64,000 nt of DNA from an uncultured virus (IMG/VR IMGVR_UViG_3300023110_000008). Lineage: Duplodnaviria > Heunggongvirae > Uroviricota > Caudoviricetes. The stretch lies in IMG/VR virus record IMGVR_UViG_3300023110_000008. One strand, given 5' to 3'. The notes below the pieces were generated by a model that had not been told where the DNA came from, did no database searches, and worked only from the letters and a program-made list of their open reading frames with translations. The position numbers and the translations under genes were made by a program. Shown one piece after another: positions 19,177-26,249 of this stretch; within the stretch, counting starts at the first letter, position 1; the number at the start of each line of letters is the position of its first letter.

Positions 19177-20553
19177 TACTTTTATAAAGAAACTAGATAC
19201 ATCGGTAGCCGAACTTGCATAACCAAACATTGAGTTAGCAAGTTCGGTTCTTTTTTGGGCATTGCCTGCATAAACGGCATCTAAGAATGCGATACATATC
19301 GCCTTTGAATTGATAAAATTACGATCTTGGCCTTGCACCTCATTCATAAATTCATCCTTTGTTAACACCGACTTCTTAGGTGTTGAATTTTTATTGTGAC
19401 GAACATATCCCTCATAGAGATAATCGTATGCGACATCATCGTCTTTAATAGATTTTAGAAAGTTCGCCTCTGTATCGTATATGGGCGTACTGAATATTTT
19501 ATTCACAAAGAAGTTGACATTACCACCACCGATCTTACCCCCAGCAGCTGCAAGACCTTTAATCTCACCTTGCCATGATGTGTCACCACTAAATGTACGA
19601 AACTGAACAAGTTTATTAGACATGGTAACGTAAATATCCTGTGAACTAAAGAAATCACCTGTTTTACCCCATGACCATGTTTTCCATGATTTATCACTGA
19701 GTTTTGTTCTATTAAATTCTTCTATTTTCTCTCTACTTTCAAGTCGTTTGAGTGAGACACCGAGACATATACCGTCATCTGCCATTTGTAAGACTTTTTT
19801 ATTGAGTTCATCGAATGTATCTATATTTGCGAGTGGTCTTTCGTGTTTAGATAGAGTGGACATCCAGATATCACCTGGGTTCCATTTGTCATCGTTGAAT
19901 GAACCAGGCGCCAAGGGTTTATCAGATTTCTTATCTAATTTCTGGACATGTGCCTTAGCGGAATATAATCCTGCCATAAAGGGAGAACCCCTATGAAAAT
20001 ATACCTTACCTCTGAATTTATTCTTATAGGTCTTATATAATATATTCGCAGTTCGAATATATATTTTCTCATCGAACCACGACTCAGGTGCGCCTTTGTA
20101 TGCCTTAGCTAGGGATACATTCGTATCTGCATAAGACGTGCAACCTGGTTTATTTAATTGTTCGAAGGTGACATTATCCACTTGTTTCTTTGCAACATTA
20201 AAGACATACGAACAATAATAACACTGTAATGACTCATTAATTGCAGTATCGTCTGATCCGCCACCTGAACCACCACTGCCTGCACTGGTTTTACCTGTCT
20301 TTAACAACCTCAATACGAAACCATCGCCCATGTCGACATTGATTTTCGCAGTGTCCTTAGCCTTGAGTTTGCTCTTTATTTTAACAAATGAATCAGTAGG
20401 TAATTTAATTTCATACAATTTTGACCGCTTCGTTAACGCCTTCTCATCACCGAAGAACTTACCATCCTTCAGATTAGACGTTATCAAAGACACATCCACG
20501 ATTCCAGACGTGTGTGCTTTGAGATCCTTTGCTTTGTCGATAATGTATGCCAT
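19171..20553 (-). CDS. PD-(D/E)xK restriction-endonuclease-fold protein
   Basis: NESLQC, DKWNPGDIW...GVSLK motif; late promoter TATAAATA (minus, 20559-20566). Confidence 0.6.
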   Translation of the reverse strand: MAYIIDKAKDLKAHTSGIVDVSLITSNLKDGKFFGDEKALTKRSKLYEIKLPTDSFVKIKSKLKAKDTAKINVDMGDGFVLRLLKTGKTSAGSGGSGGGSDDTAINESLQCYYCSYVFNVAKKQVDNVTFEQLNKPGCTSYADTNVSLAKAYKGAPESWFDEKIYIRTANILYKTYKNKFRGKVYFHRGSPFMAGLYSAKAHVQKLDKKSDKPLAPGSFNDDKWNPGDIWMSTLSKHERPLANIDTFDELNKKVLQMADDGICLGVSLKRLESREKIEEFNRTKLSDKSWKTWSWGKTGDFFSSQDIYVTMSNKLVQFRTFSGDTSWQGEIKGLAAAGGKIGGGNVNFFVNKIFSTPIYDTEANFLKSIKDDDVAYDYLYEGYVRHNKNSTPKKSVLTKDEFMNEVQGQDRNFINSKAICIAFLDAVYAGNAQKRTELANSMFGYASSATDVSSFFIKVS

Positions 20554-20625
20554 AGTGATATTTATACCTTATGACAAATCCACCCCCAACGTCAACCGTC
20601 CATACTGAAAAAGCGATCCGACACC

Positions 20626-20892
20626 CTAAATCCCACCATAGGCTATCAGATTACGGAGTATAAGAACAAACCCCACCGCATTGAGAACGATGAGAGCCCG
20701 ATCATTCCATAACATGGAGACCCAAAACCAGAGAGAAACGCCTATGAGTGAGAGAATACCATCATAGAGAGCGTATTCAGGATTACCTCTAAGGGAGAAT
20801 GCACATAGGAGAATAATAGATGCGATCCATTTCACATACCAGTCGAGACCCCTGTCCTTATGCGCTTTTGAATTTATTTTTGTCTTGGTCAT
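20626..20892 (-). CDS. small 3-TM membrane protein (DUF6552-like)
   Basis: WYVKWIASIILL...LWFWVSMLWNDRALIVLN; SD GAGG upstream. Confidence 0.7.
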   Translation of the reverse strand: MTKTKINSKAHKDRGLDWYVKWIASIILLCAFSLRGNPEYALYDGILSLIGVSLWFWVSMLWNDRALIVLNAVGFVLILRNLIAYGGI

Positions 20893-21010
20893 AGTGCCTC
20901 ATAATATATTGGTGTGCGAAAGTGTGTGATTGTGTGAAATATATTCATGGATATGTAGGTAGGAGTGGAGTGCAATATTTCGGGTTTGTGTGAGCGGGTT
21001 CGTGGGTCTT

Positions 21011-21038
21011 AGCCTATGTATATGTTGAGAGATGTCAA
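21011..21038 (-). promoter_or_regulatory. leftward early promoter
   Basis: Minus strand TTGACA-16-TAGGCT. Confidence 0.6.
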
Positions 21039-21083
21039 GCGATTCAGAGGGCTCGAAAACCCCTATTAATTGAGCTGAAATGC

Positions 21084-21111
21084 TTGACATTTTCGCCCAA
21101 TTTTGTATCCT
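21084..21111 (+). promoter_or_regulatory. rightward early promoter (divergent pair)
   Basis: TTGACA-16-TATCCT. Confidence 0.6.
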
Positions 21112-21117
21112 CCACCA

Positions 21118-21237
21118 TGTCCCCACAAGGTGACATCGACAGTTAGGTCGGTCACGCTTCGGCGGAAGGTGATCAACAAACCTGTTACTTTGAGTGTCAT
21201 GCTCATTGCCCTTACGGTTGAGATGTCACAGTGGACA
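21118..21237 (+). ncRNA. putative structured RNA / 5' leader
   Basis: TGTCC/GGACA and GTGACATC/GATGTCAC closing stems, internal GGTCAC/GTGATC with CGC-TTCG-GCG tetraloop, TGAGT/GCTCA; starts at the predicted TSS. Confidence 0.6.
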
Positions 21238-21257
21238 GTACTTAAGAGAGGTATAAT

Positions 21258-21452
21258 ATGACAAAGGCGGAGTTAAAGGCACAAATAGCGAAGGACATTG
21301 CAGCCTATGTGAGTAAGGGTGGTAAGGTTACCACTACTCCCTATAAGGCGCCTAAGAGTGGCGTCAGTGCATTTGCGAAGGTAGGTCGTTGGTATCGTGG
21401 CGCTCAGGCGTCAACGCATGATCAACGCTGGTCAGCAAACAACACCATATAA
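21258..21452 (+). CDS. small basic protein with SutA-like RNAP-binding motif
   Basis: KAELKAQIAKDIAAYVSKGGKVT resembles Pseudomonas SutA ...LAKAMEEFLSRGGKVQ; SD GAGG. Confidence 0.55.
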   Translation: MTKAELKAQIAKDIAAYVSKGGKVTTTPYKAPKSGVSAFAKVGRWYRGAQASTHDQRWSANNTI

Positions 21453-21485
21453 GGGTTGACAATAACCCTTATATTATGCAAGGAT
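21447..21485 (+). promoter_or_regulatory. early promoter inside an 11-bp perfect inverted repeat
   Basis: ATATAAGGGTT-GACAAT-AACCCTTATAT; TTGACA-18-AAGGAT. Confidence 0.7.
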
Positions 21486-21490
21486 GGTAC

Positions 21491-21685
21491 CCTATTGATG
21501 GTGTTTATTCGTAGTCGATGAAGACGGCGCAATAAACCCCCTATACAACTGCGAGGTCGGTATAGTATAATAGGATCATACACCAGTCATCTGAGAGTAC
21601 TGGTCTTGATCATGCATCATGTGAGAAGTCTCAGAGGGCGCAACCCGAACTGTCGAGCAGGGATGAAAAAGCCTGCACCCCTTTT
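21491..21685 (+). ncRNA. putative multi-domain structured RNA with possible pseudoknot
   Basis: CCTATT/AATAGG enclosing GTTTATT/AATAAAC and CTATAC/GTATAG; GATCA/TGATC with ACCAGT/ACTGGT; loop TCTGAGA complementary to TCTCAGA; GGG-CGCAA-CCC; GCAGG/CCTGC. Confidence 0.6.
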
Positions 21686-21716
21686 AACCACACACATGGA
21701 GGTGGGAGATACCCCT

Positions 21717-21896
21717 ATGTCTGATGAAATAATGTTTAGTATACGCTATTTTGACAAGAACGTGCAAACCATTAACGGTGAGCGTGTCTGGTTTACGTAC
21801 TCAGATGAGCCTTTAAGCGGGTCTGAGGCGTTCTCCATTGTCTCCCTGCTAGAGGATAGGGGTTGCGTAGTAGAATTGACTAGACTGAGCGACTAA
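21717..21896 (+). CDS. hypothetical protein (59 aa)
   Basis: MSDEIMFSIRYF...; GGAG SD upstream; the longer track start overlaps the structured RNA. Confidence 0.55.
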   Translation: MSDEIMFSIRYFDKNVQTINGERVWFTYSDEPLSGSEAFSIVSLLEDRGCVVELTRLSD

Positions 21897-21980
21897 AAAC
21901 AGTCGGAGAGCATTTCGGCATGTCGGTCCACGTCAGTTAAGCGGTTGGGGTGACCACATAAATGGAAGTAAAAAGCAAAT

Positions 21981-22139
21981 ATGTTTAGACAACCTGATTA
22001 TAAAAAATTTTTTTTGGGGTTCCTTGTGTTCTCCATACTTTTTTTACTCTGGTACAAGTACGCCACGTACGGTTGTATCGGTATGTGTATGGATTGGTAC
22101 GATGATATCCCCCTAGATGGGCTAGATAGATTAGCATGA
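21981..22139 (+). CDS. small membrane protein (52 aa)
   Basis: MFRQPDYKKFFLGFLVFSILFLLWYKY..., one TM. Confidence 0.5.
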   Translation: MFRQPDYKKFFLGFLVFSILFLLWYKYATYGCIGMCMDWYDDIPLDGLDRLA

Positions 22140-22155
22140 GAGAGATGAAATAGCG

Positions 22156-22278
22156 ATGAAAGAGATATTTCTTTTTGGCATTAAGTGTTTATTGTATCCA
22201 CTCTTTGTGTTATTGGGATTATTCATTCCCGTCTTCCTATTATTACTAGGATACACGTATCTTATCTCACTACTATGA
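22156..22278 (+). CDS. small hydrophobic peptide (40 aa)
   Basis: MKEIFLFGIKCLLYPLFVLLGLFIPVFLLLLGYTYLISLL*, ATGA-coupled to the Bfd gene. Confidence 0.5.
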   Translation: MKEIFLFGIKCLLYPLFVLLGLFIPVFLLLLGYTYLISLL

Positions 22279-22457
22279 TACTATGTGTCTGTAAGGCGAT
22301 CACGGAGAGCGAATTTAAATCTCTTTTAGAGCATAACACACTAGAGGCAATTATCGAGGACACTGGTATCTGTACACAGTGTACGTCTTGTAAGCCTCGT
22401 ATCACTGAAATAATATTGGATAAAGCACATGAGTCAATCAGCAAGGCAACGTCATAA
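22275..22457 (+). CDS. bfd: bacterioferritin-associated ferredoxin-like [2Fe-2S] protein
   Basis: MILCVCKAIT...TGICTQCTSC (CxC...CxxC). Confidence 0.8.
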   Translation: MILCVCKAITESEFKSLLEHNTLEAIIEDTGICTQCTSCKPRITEIILDKAHESISKATS

Positions 22458-22644
22458 AGAGACTGCAATCACGGTCTTTACTGGTCTTCTAATTAATTAT
22501 CCCCTTAATCTATTGGGATTGTATATTTGCATTGATTATTTTAATATGACTGATCCCTTTTGGATAGGTACTACTATTACCTTTTATATGACATTCTTAG
22601 CTTATGCGAGGGTGTTTATTATAAGGAGTTACTTCAACAAATGA
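22429..22644 (+). CDS. small membrane protein
   Basis: Two hydrophobic segments; ET...VFTGLLINYPL...R.FIIR.YF. Confidence 0.65.
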   Translation: MSQSARQRHKETAITVFTGLLINYPLNLLGLYICIDYFNMTDPFWIGTTITFYMTFLAYARVFIIRSYFNK

Positions 22645-23126
22645 TTCATGTGACAAGGATATCGGAAATGGAAAGTATGGCCGATGAGATTTTGCAGTGT
22701 GCAATTGTTCAACGCCCTATTCAATCTGATCCTGGTTATATTAATTATCCTATTGTGACGCCTTACGATACTTTTTTGTATACTCGTTTTTACGATGCAT
22801 GTCAAAGACATTATGGACCTTTTGAACTTGCTGATAATGACTTTCGTATGCATGCCTTTTTAACAGATAACAAGTTTCATGGAGGCGGTCACTACCACGA
22901 TCATGTCTCGACAGCAACGTATAATGCGGCTCTCTATGTTTCTACGGTACAGGGATGCGGAATCTCGTTTGTGTTTGGACACGATGAGATTTATTACGAA
23001 CCGAAGGTAGGCGATATGTATATCTTTGAGTCTCACGTGCAACACAAGGCTCATCCTTCATCCCATCAAAAAAGATTATCATTAAATTTAGAAATACGAG
23101 CAAAAACCCCCTTGCACTCGGAGTAA
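22641..23126 (+). CDS. 2OG-Fe(II) oxygenase-like protein
   Basis: YHDH...YNAALY...PKVGDMYIFES.VQH...RLSLNLE; start taken at MIHVT. Confidence 0.7.
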   Translation: MIHVTRISEMESMADEILQCAIVQRPIQSDPGYINYPIVTPYDTFLYTRFYDACQRHYGPFELADNDFRMHAFLTDNKFHGGGHYHDHVSTATYNAALYVSTVQGCGISFVFGHDEIYYEPKVGDMYIFESHVQHKAHPSSHQKRLSLNLEIRAKTPLHSE

Positions 23127-23139
23127 AACTGAGTATAAT
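23112..23139 (+). promoter_or_regulatory. sigma70-type promoter
   Basis: TTGCAC-16-TATAAT upstream of the DUF262-HNH gene. Confidence 0.6.
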
Positions 23140-23142
23140 GGA

Positions 23143-23190
23143 ATCATGGCAATTACGCCAATACACAACATCATGACAATTTACGTCAAT
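23143..23190 (+). repeat. tandem covarying palindromic operator-like repeat
   Basis: ATCA-TGGC-AATTAC-GCCA-AT and ATCA-TGAC-AATTTAC-GTCA-AT, directly before SD AAGGAG. Confidence 0.7.
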
Positions 23191-23204
23191 TAAGGAGAAA
23201 AATT

Positions 23205-24605
23205 ATGTTGTACCCAAAAGAGGTGAAGTTAGAACTACCACCAGAAAAAATTGTTCTTACACTACGAGAGTTGTTGTTTGACGGTTATACGTTAGACGAT
23301 GGTTCTTCATTCGTTATCGGTATGGTTGACACTCAACCAGTAGGTCAGAGGTTAGAAGTAACCACAGACACCGAGAAATCAGAAGGCATTATCACAAGCA
23401 TCATCGATAATATTAATATCGGTGAGATTACTGTTTGTGCTTCGCCTGATAATCCTGAAGGTTATGCTTACGAGTCTATTGACGGCGGTCATAGAAAAAG
23501 AGCAATCATCAACTACATCACAGGTAGAGGTCAGAAGGCCTTTACAGTGCGAGGGTTGAAATTCAGAGAACTTCCACAGGAAGAACAAGACGCCATGCTT
23601 GACAAGAAAGTCACAGTGGTGATCTATCCTATATTAGACACCTTTGTTAAGGGTTACATATTCAGAACTCTTAACATTGCAACCGATGTCAATCACCAAG
23701 AAATGTGTAACTCATTTGGTGACATTGATGTCGCTAACGTCATACGTGAAGCCGTTCGTGTTGTCGATGGTATTTGGAATACCACACACGAGTTGTTCGA
23801 AAGAACAGCATCAGGTCACTTCAAACTCTTAGAGTTCAACAATTTGAGATTGAAGACCGATGAGTTAGTGGCACGAATTATGTTTCGTTTGACACAGAAA
23901 ACAAAACTTGGTGAATCTTCGGATGCCCAAGTTCGAAAAATGTACGAAGAGTTTGACGGTGATATTGAGTCACTGAAGATCGAACTCTACAAAGTGTTAG
24001 ACTACCTAAGAATCATGGCAGTCATACACAAGCAACAGTTCGGCAAAGGACTGTCACAACAAGACTTTAAATTGTTGACCTTTTTGTTCTACTGGTTACT
24101 AGACGAAGTAGGAACTTTTTCGATTGATGACCCTAAAAGTTATTTGGTCGATTACAAGAAGGCCTTTGCGACATTAACCAACCATGCAGGCAAATACGGT
24201 AAGATGATGAATCCTACCGACATTGATCAGAAACCACGTTTCATTTCAGAATCGTTTAAAGGTTATCTTGGTGCACCGCATCACAAGAGAAAGATCGAAC
24301 AAGTCGTGCATTGGTTACTCTTAGAGTTTACACCGACACAATACATCGTTGCGAAGGATAAGAAGAGAACTTATACTTACGAAGAGAAAGTGAGAAAACT
24401 CTTAGACCAAAACTTCATTTGTGCCATCACTGGTGACAAAGTCACAATGGATGATTGTGAAGCAGCCCACATTGTTTCACACTCAGACGGTGGTTATACT
24501 ACTTACGATAACTTTGTGATGTGTCGAACAGAACACAACAGAGCCATGGGTAGTATGAACCTTGAAGATTATAAAGAAACCTACTTGAAGAATCTCAACA
24601 AGTAG
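23205..24605 (+). CDS. DUF262 (ParB-like) + HNH nuclease, GmrSD-like architecture
   Basis: IDGGHRKRAI (DGQQR-like), FRTLN; C-terminal CAITG...AAHIVSHSDGG.T..DN..C..HN. Confidence 0.8.
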   Translation: MLYPKEVKLELPPEKIVLTLRELLFDGYTLDDGSSFVIGMVDTQPVGQRLEVTTDTEKSEGIITSIIDNINIGEITVCASPDNPEGYAYESIDGGHRKRAIINYITGRGQKAFTVRGLKFRELPQEEQDAMLDKKVTVVIYPILDTFVKGYIFRTLNIATDVNHQEMCNSFGDIDVANVIREAVRVVDGIWNTTHELFERTASGHFKLLEFNNLRLKTDELVARIMFRLTQKTKLGESSDAQVRKMYEEFDGDIESLKIELYKVLDYLRIMAVIHKQQFGKGLSQQDFKLLTFLFYWLLDEVGTFSIDDPKSYLVDYKKAFATLTNHAGKYGKMMNPTDIDQKPRFISESFKGYLGAPHHKRKIEQVVHWLLLEFTPTQYIVAKDKKRTYTYEEKVRKLLDQNFICAITGDKVTMDDCEAAHIVSHSDGGYTTYDNFVMCRTEHNRAMGSMNLEDYKETYLKNLNK

Positions 24606-24623
24606 GTTATACTGGTAAGAATA

Positions 24624-24716
24624 GGGCGAAAGCTCGGGTGAGGGTGAGTGTCAAGTATCACAAAATCCACAAGTATTACACGATTGATGTGTGCGACACA
24701 ACCCCACCTTCTTTTT
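24624..24716 (+). other. structured intergenic element, possibly terminator or small RNA
   Basis: GGGC-GAAA-GCTC hairpin, then GGTG-GGGT-GTGTC/GACAC-ACCC-CACC stem followed by TTCTTTTT. Confidence 0.5.
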
Positions 24717-24730
24717 AAAGGAAATTAATT

Positions 24731-24925
24731 ATGTTAGAATTTTTATGGACAGTTCCCACATTTCTTTTTCATTTGATGATCGCCATACTCTTTTGGGGTC
24801 TTATCATAGGTGTGGTTGGATTCTCAGTCAGTTGGTTATACGAAGAAGGATATGTAAGCAAACTTAAAAATAAATTTACCAAAAAGAAAAGTAAAGACGA
24901 TGAGGATGACTATATAGGAGTATAA
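24731..24925 (+). CDS. small membrane protein
   Basis: 64 aa, long hydrophobic N-terminus, SD AAGGA. Confidence 0.65.
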   Translation: MLEFLWTVPTFLFHLMIAILFWGLIIGVVGFSVSWLYEEGYVSKLKNKFTKKKSKDDEDDYIGV

Positions 24926-24926
24926 T

Positions 24927-25103
24927 ATGGATATGAACACCTTTTCACTCCTCGTCTTTCACATAGCTTTCATTGCAGGACTATATTGGTATGCACACGA
25001 GCAAGGCAAAAAAGAAGGACGCTCTGAAATGGTGGGTGATCTTTTAGATCGTAGACTCTTAACAGTCGATAAACTCCAGAAAGAATACGATATACATCCT
25101 TAA
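24927..25103 (+). CDS. small membrane protein (58 aa, not in ORF track)
   Basis: MDMNTFSLLVFHIAFIAGLYWY...; SD AGGAG. Confidence 0.6.
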   Translation: MDMNTFSLLVFHIAFIAGLYWYAHEQGKKEGRSEMVGDLLDRRLLTVDKLQKEYDIHP

Positions 25104-25118
25104 GGTAAAAAATTTATT

Positions 25119-26249
25119 ATGAAAATTCTTGGTATTAATATTTCCCATGACACGTCAGTCGCAGTCGTTGAAGACGGCGAAGTCACACAAGTCCACGAAG
25201 AAGATAGAGTTCGCAGATCAAAGTATTGGGATCCGCAAAAACTTCCTTTATCTGAATTAAATCTACAGGCAATCGAACACAAAGGGTTATATGATTGTGA
25301 TCATGCCGCTTTTGCTACGTTTGATAGACGTACCTTTGATCCACAATTCAGTGACTTCTTTGCAGAGGATCGTCTGTTACAAAAAGATGTGATACAAAAA
25401 ATCACGGCACAACAGATGTCAAACAAAAGGTGGGATGAAATACAAGAAGAATTTGGCAGTGAAGTATTTCCTACGATTGTTGAGAACGTAGGCAATGACG
25501 AAGAAATCAAAAACGCTATCTCTAATCAGTTAGAGACACCTAAAGAAAACATCCACATGGATATAACACAACATCATTACTATCATGCCGTTTGTGGTTC
25601 TCATCTATCACCTTACGAAGAAAGTTTAGTGATCACTTGGGACGGTGGTGGTGCAAACACCTACAATGAAGAATGGCCAGGTTACCAAGAGATCGAATGT
25701 ATTTGGCATCATCAAGGCGATAAGATCACTCCTTTATGGAAACGTTTATCTAACCACAGAACGTTGGATGAACTCCAAGGCACTTATTTTTCTGGATGGG
25801 ATGAAGACTGTCTTAAATGTTTACAAGACGAGGAAGTCGAAATAGACGGTGTCCCTTGTGTTTTTACAGCCATGCCTTCTATGGGTATGAACTTCTCTAA
25901 TATGTCGTATGCTTTAGGTTGCGATAAACTAGGTCGTGCAGCTGGTAAAGTTATGGGTATGGCATCGTACAGTAAGATGTTACCTAACGTTCATACAAAA
26001 CATACATCAGCACAAAGACTCGAACACGATTCATTAGAACATGCTAAGACTGTAATTCAAAGAGCAATCGATATGAAACCAGATGTAAAGAACATTGTTC
26101 TTTCTGGTGGGTATTCATTGAATTGTACAAACAACTACAAATATCTACAGGCATTTCCTGATCATCAATTCTTTGTTGATCCAATCCCACATGATGGTGG
26201 TACAGCAGTTGGTGTTGCCTTAGATTTATGGAGAACACTCAATGCTTAA
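25119..26249 (+). CDS. carbamoyltransferase N-terminal (Kae1-like) domain, NodU/CmcH family
   Basis: ILGINISHD, EEDR..R.K, HHYYHA, DGGG, GKVMGMASY, LSGG..LNC, DGGTAVG. Confidence 0.9.
   Translation: MKILGINISHDTSVAVVEDGEVTQVHEEDRVRRSKYWDPQKLPLSELNLQAIEHKGLYDCDHAAFATFDRRTFDPQFSDFFAEDRLLQKDVIQKITAQQMSNKRWDEIQEEFGSEVFPTIVENVGNDEEIKNAISNQLETPKENIHMDITQHHYYHAVCGSHLSPYEESLVITWDGGGANTYNEEWPGYQEIECIWHHQGDKITPLWKRLSNHRTLDELQGTYFSGWDEDCLKCLQDEEVEIDGVPCVFTAMPSMGMNFSNMSYALGCDKLGRAAGKVMGMASYSKMLPNVHTKHTSAQRLEHDSLEHAKTVIQRAIDMKPDVKNIVLSGGYSLNCTNNYKYLQAFPDHQFFVDPIPHDGGTAVGVALDLWRTLNA

Noticed and set aside
20899..21126. 75 aa minus-strand ORF
   Set aside because: Crosses two promoters and the low-complexity tract; its His/Thr/Ile richness simply reflects the CA bias.
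21606..21716. N-terminal extension of ORF 21606
   Set aside because: TTG start inside the structured RNA; the SD-preceded ATG at 21717 is more credible.
21915..21965. Pistol ribozyme resemblance (CCACGT...TAAGCG)
   Set aside because: Only short words match; the P1 and pseudoknot pairings cannot be formed.
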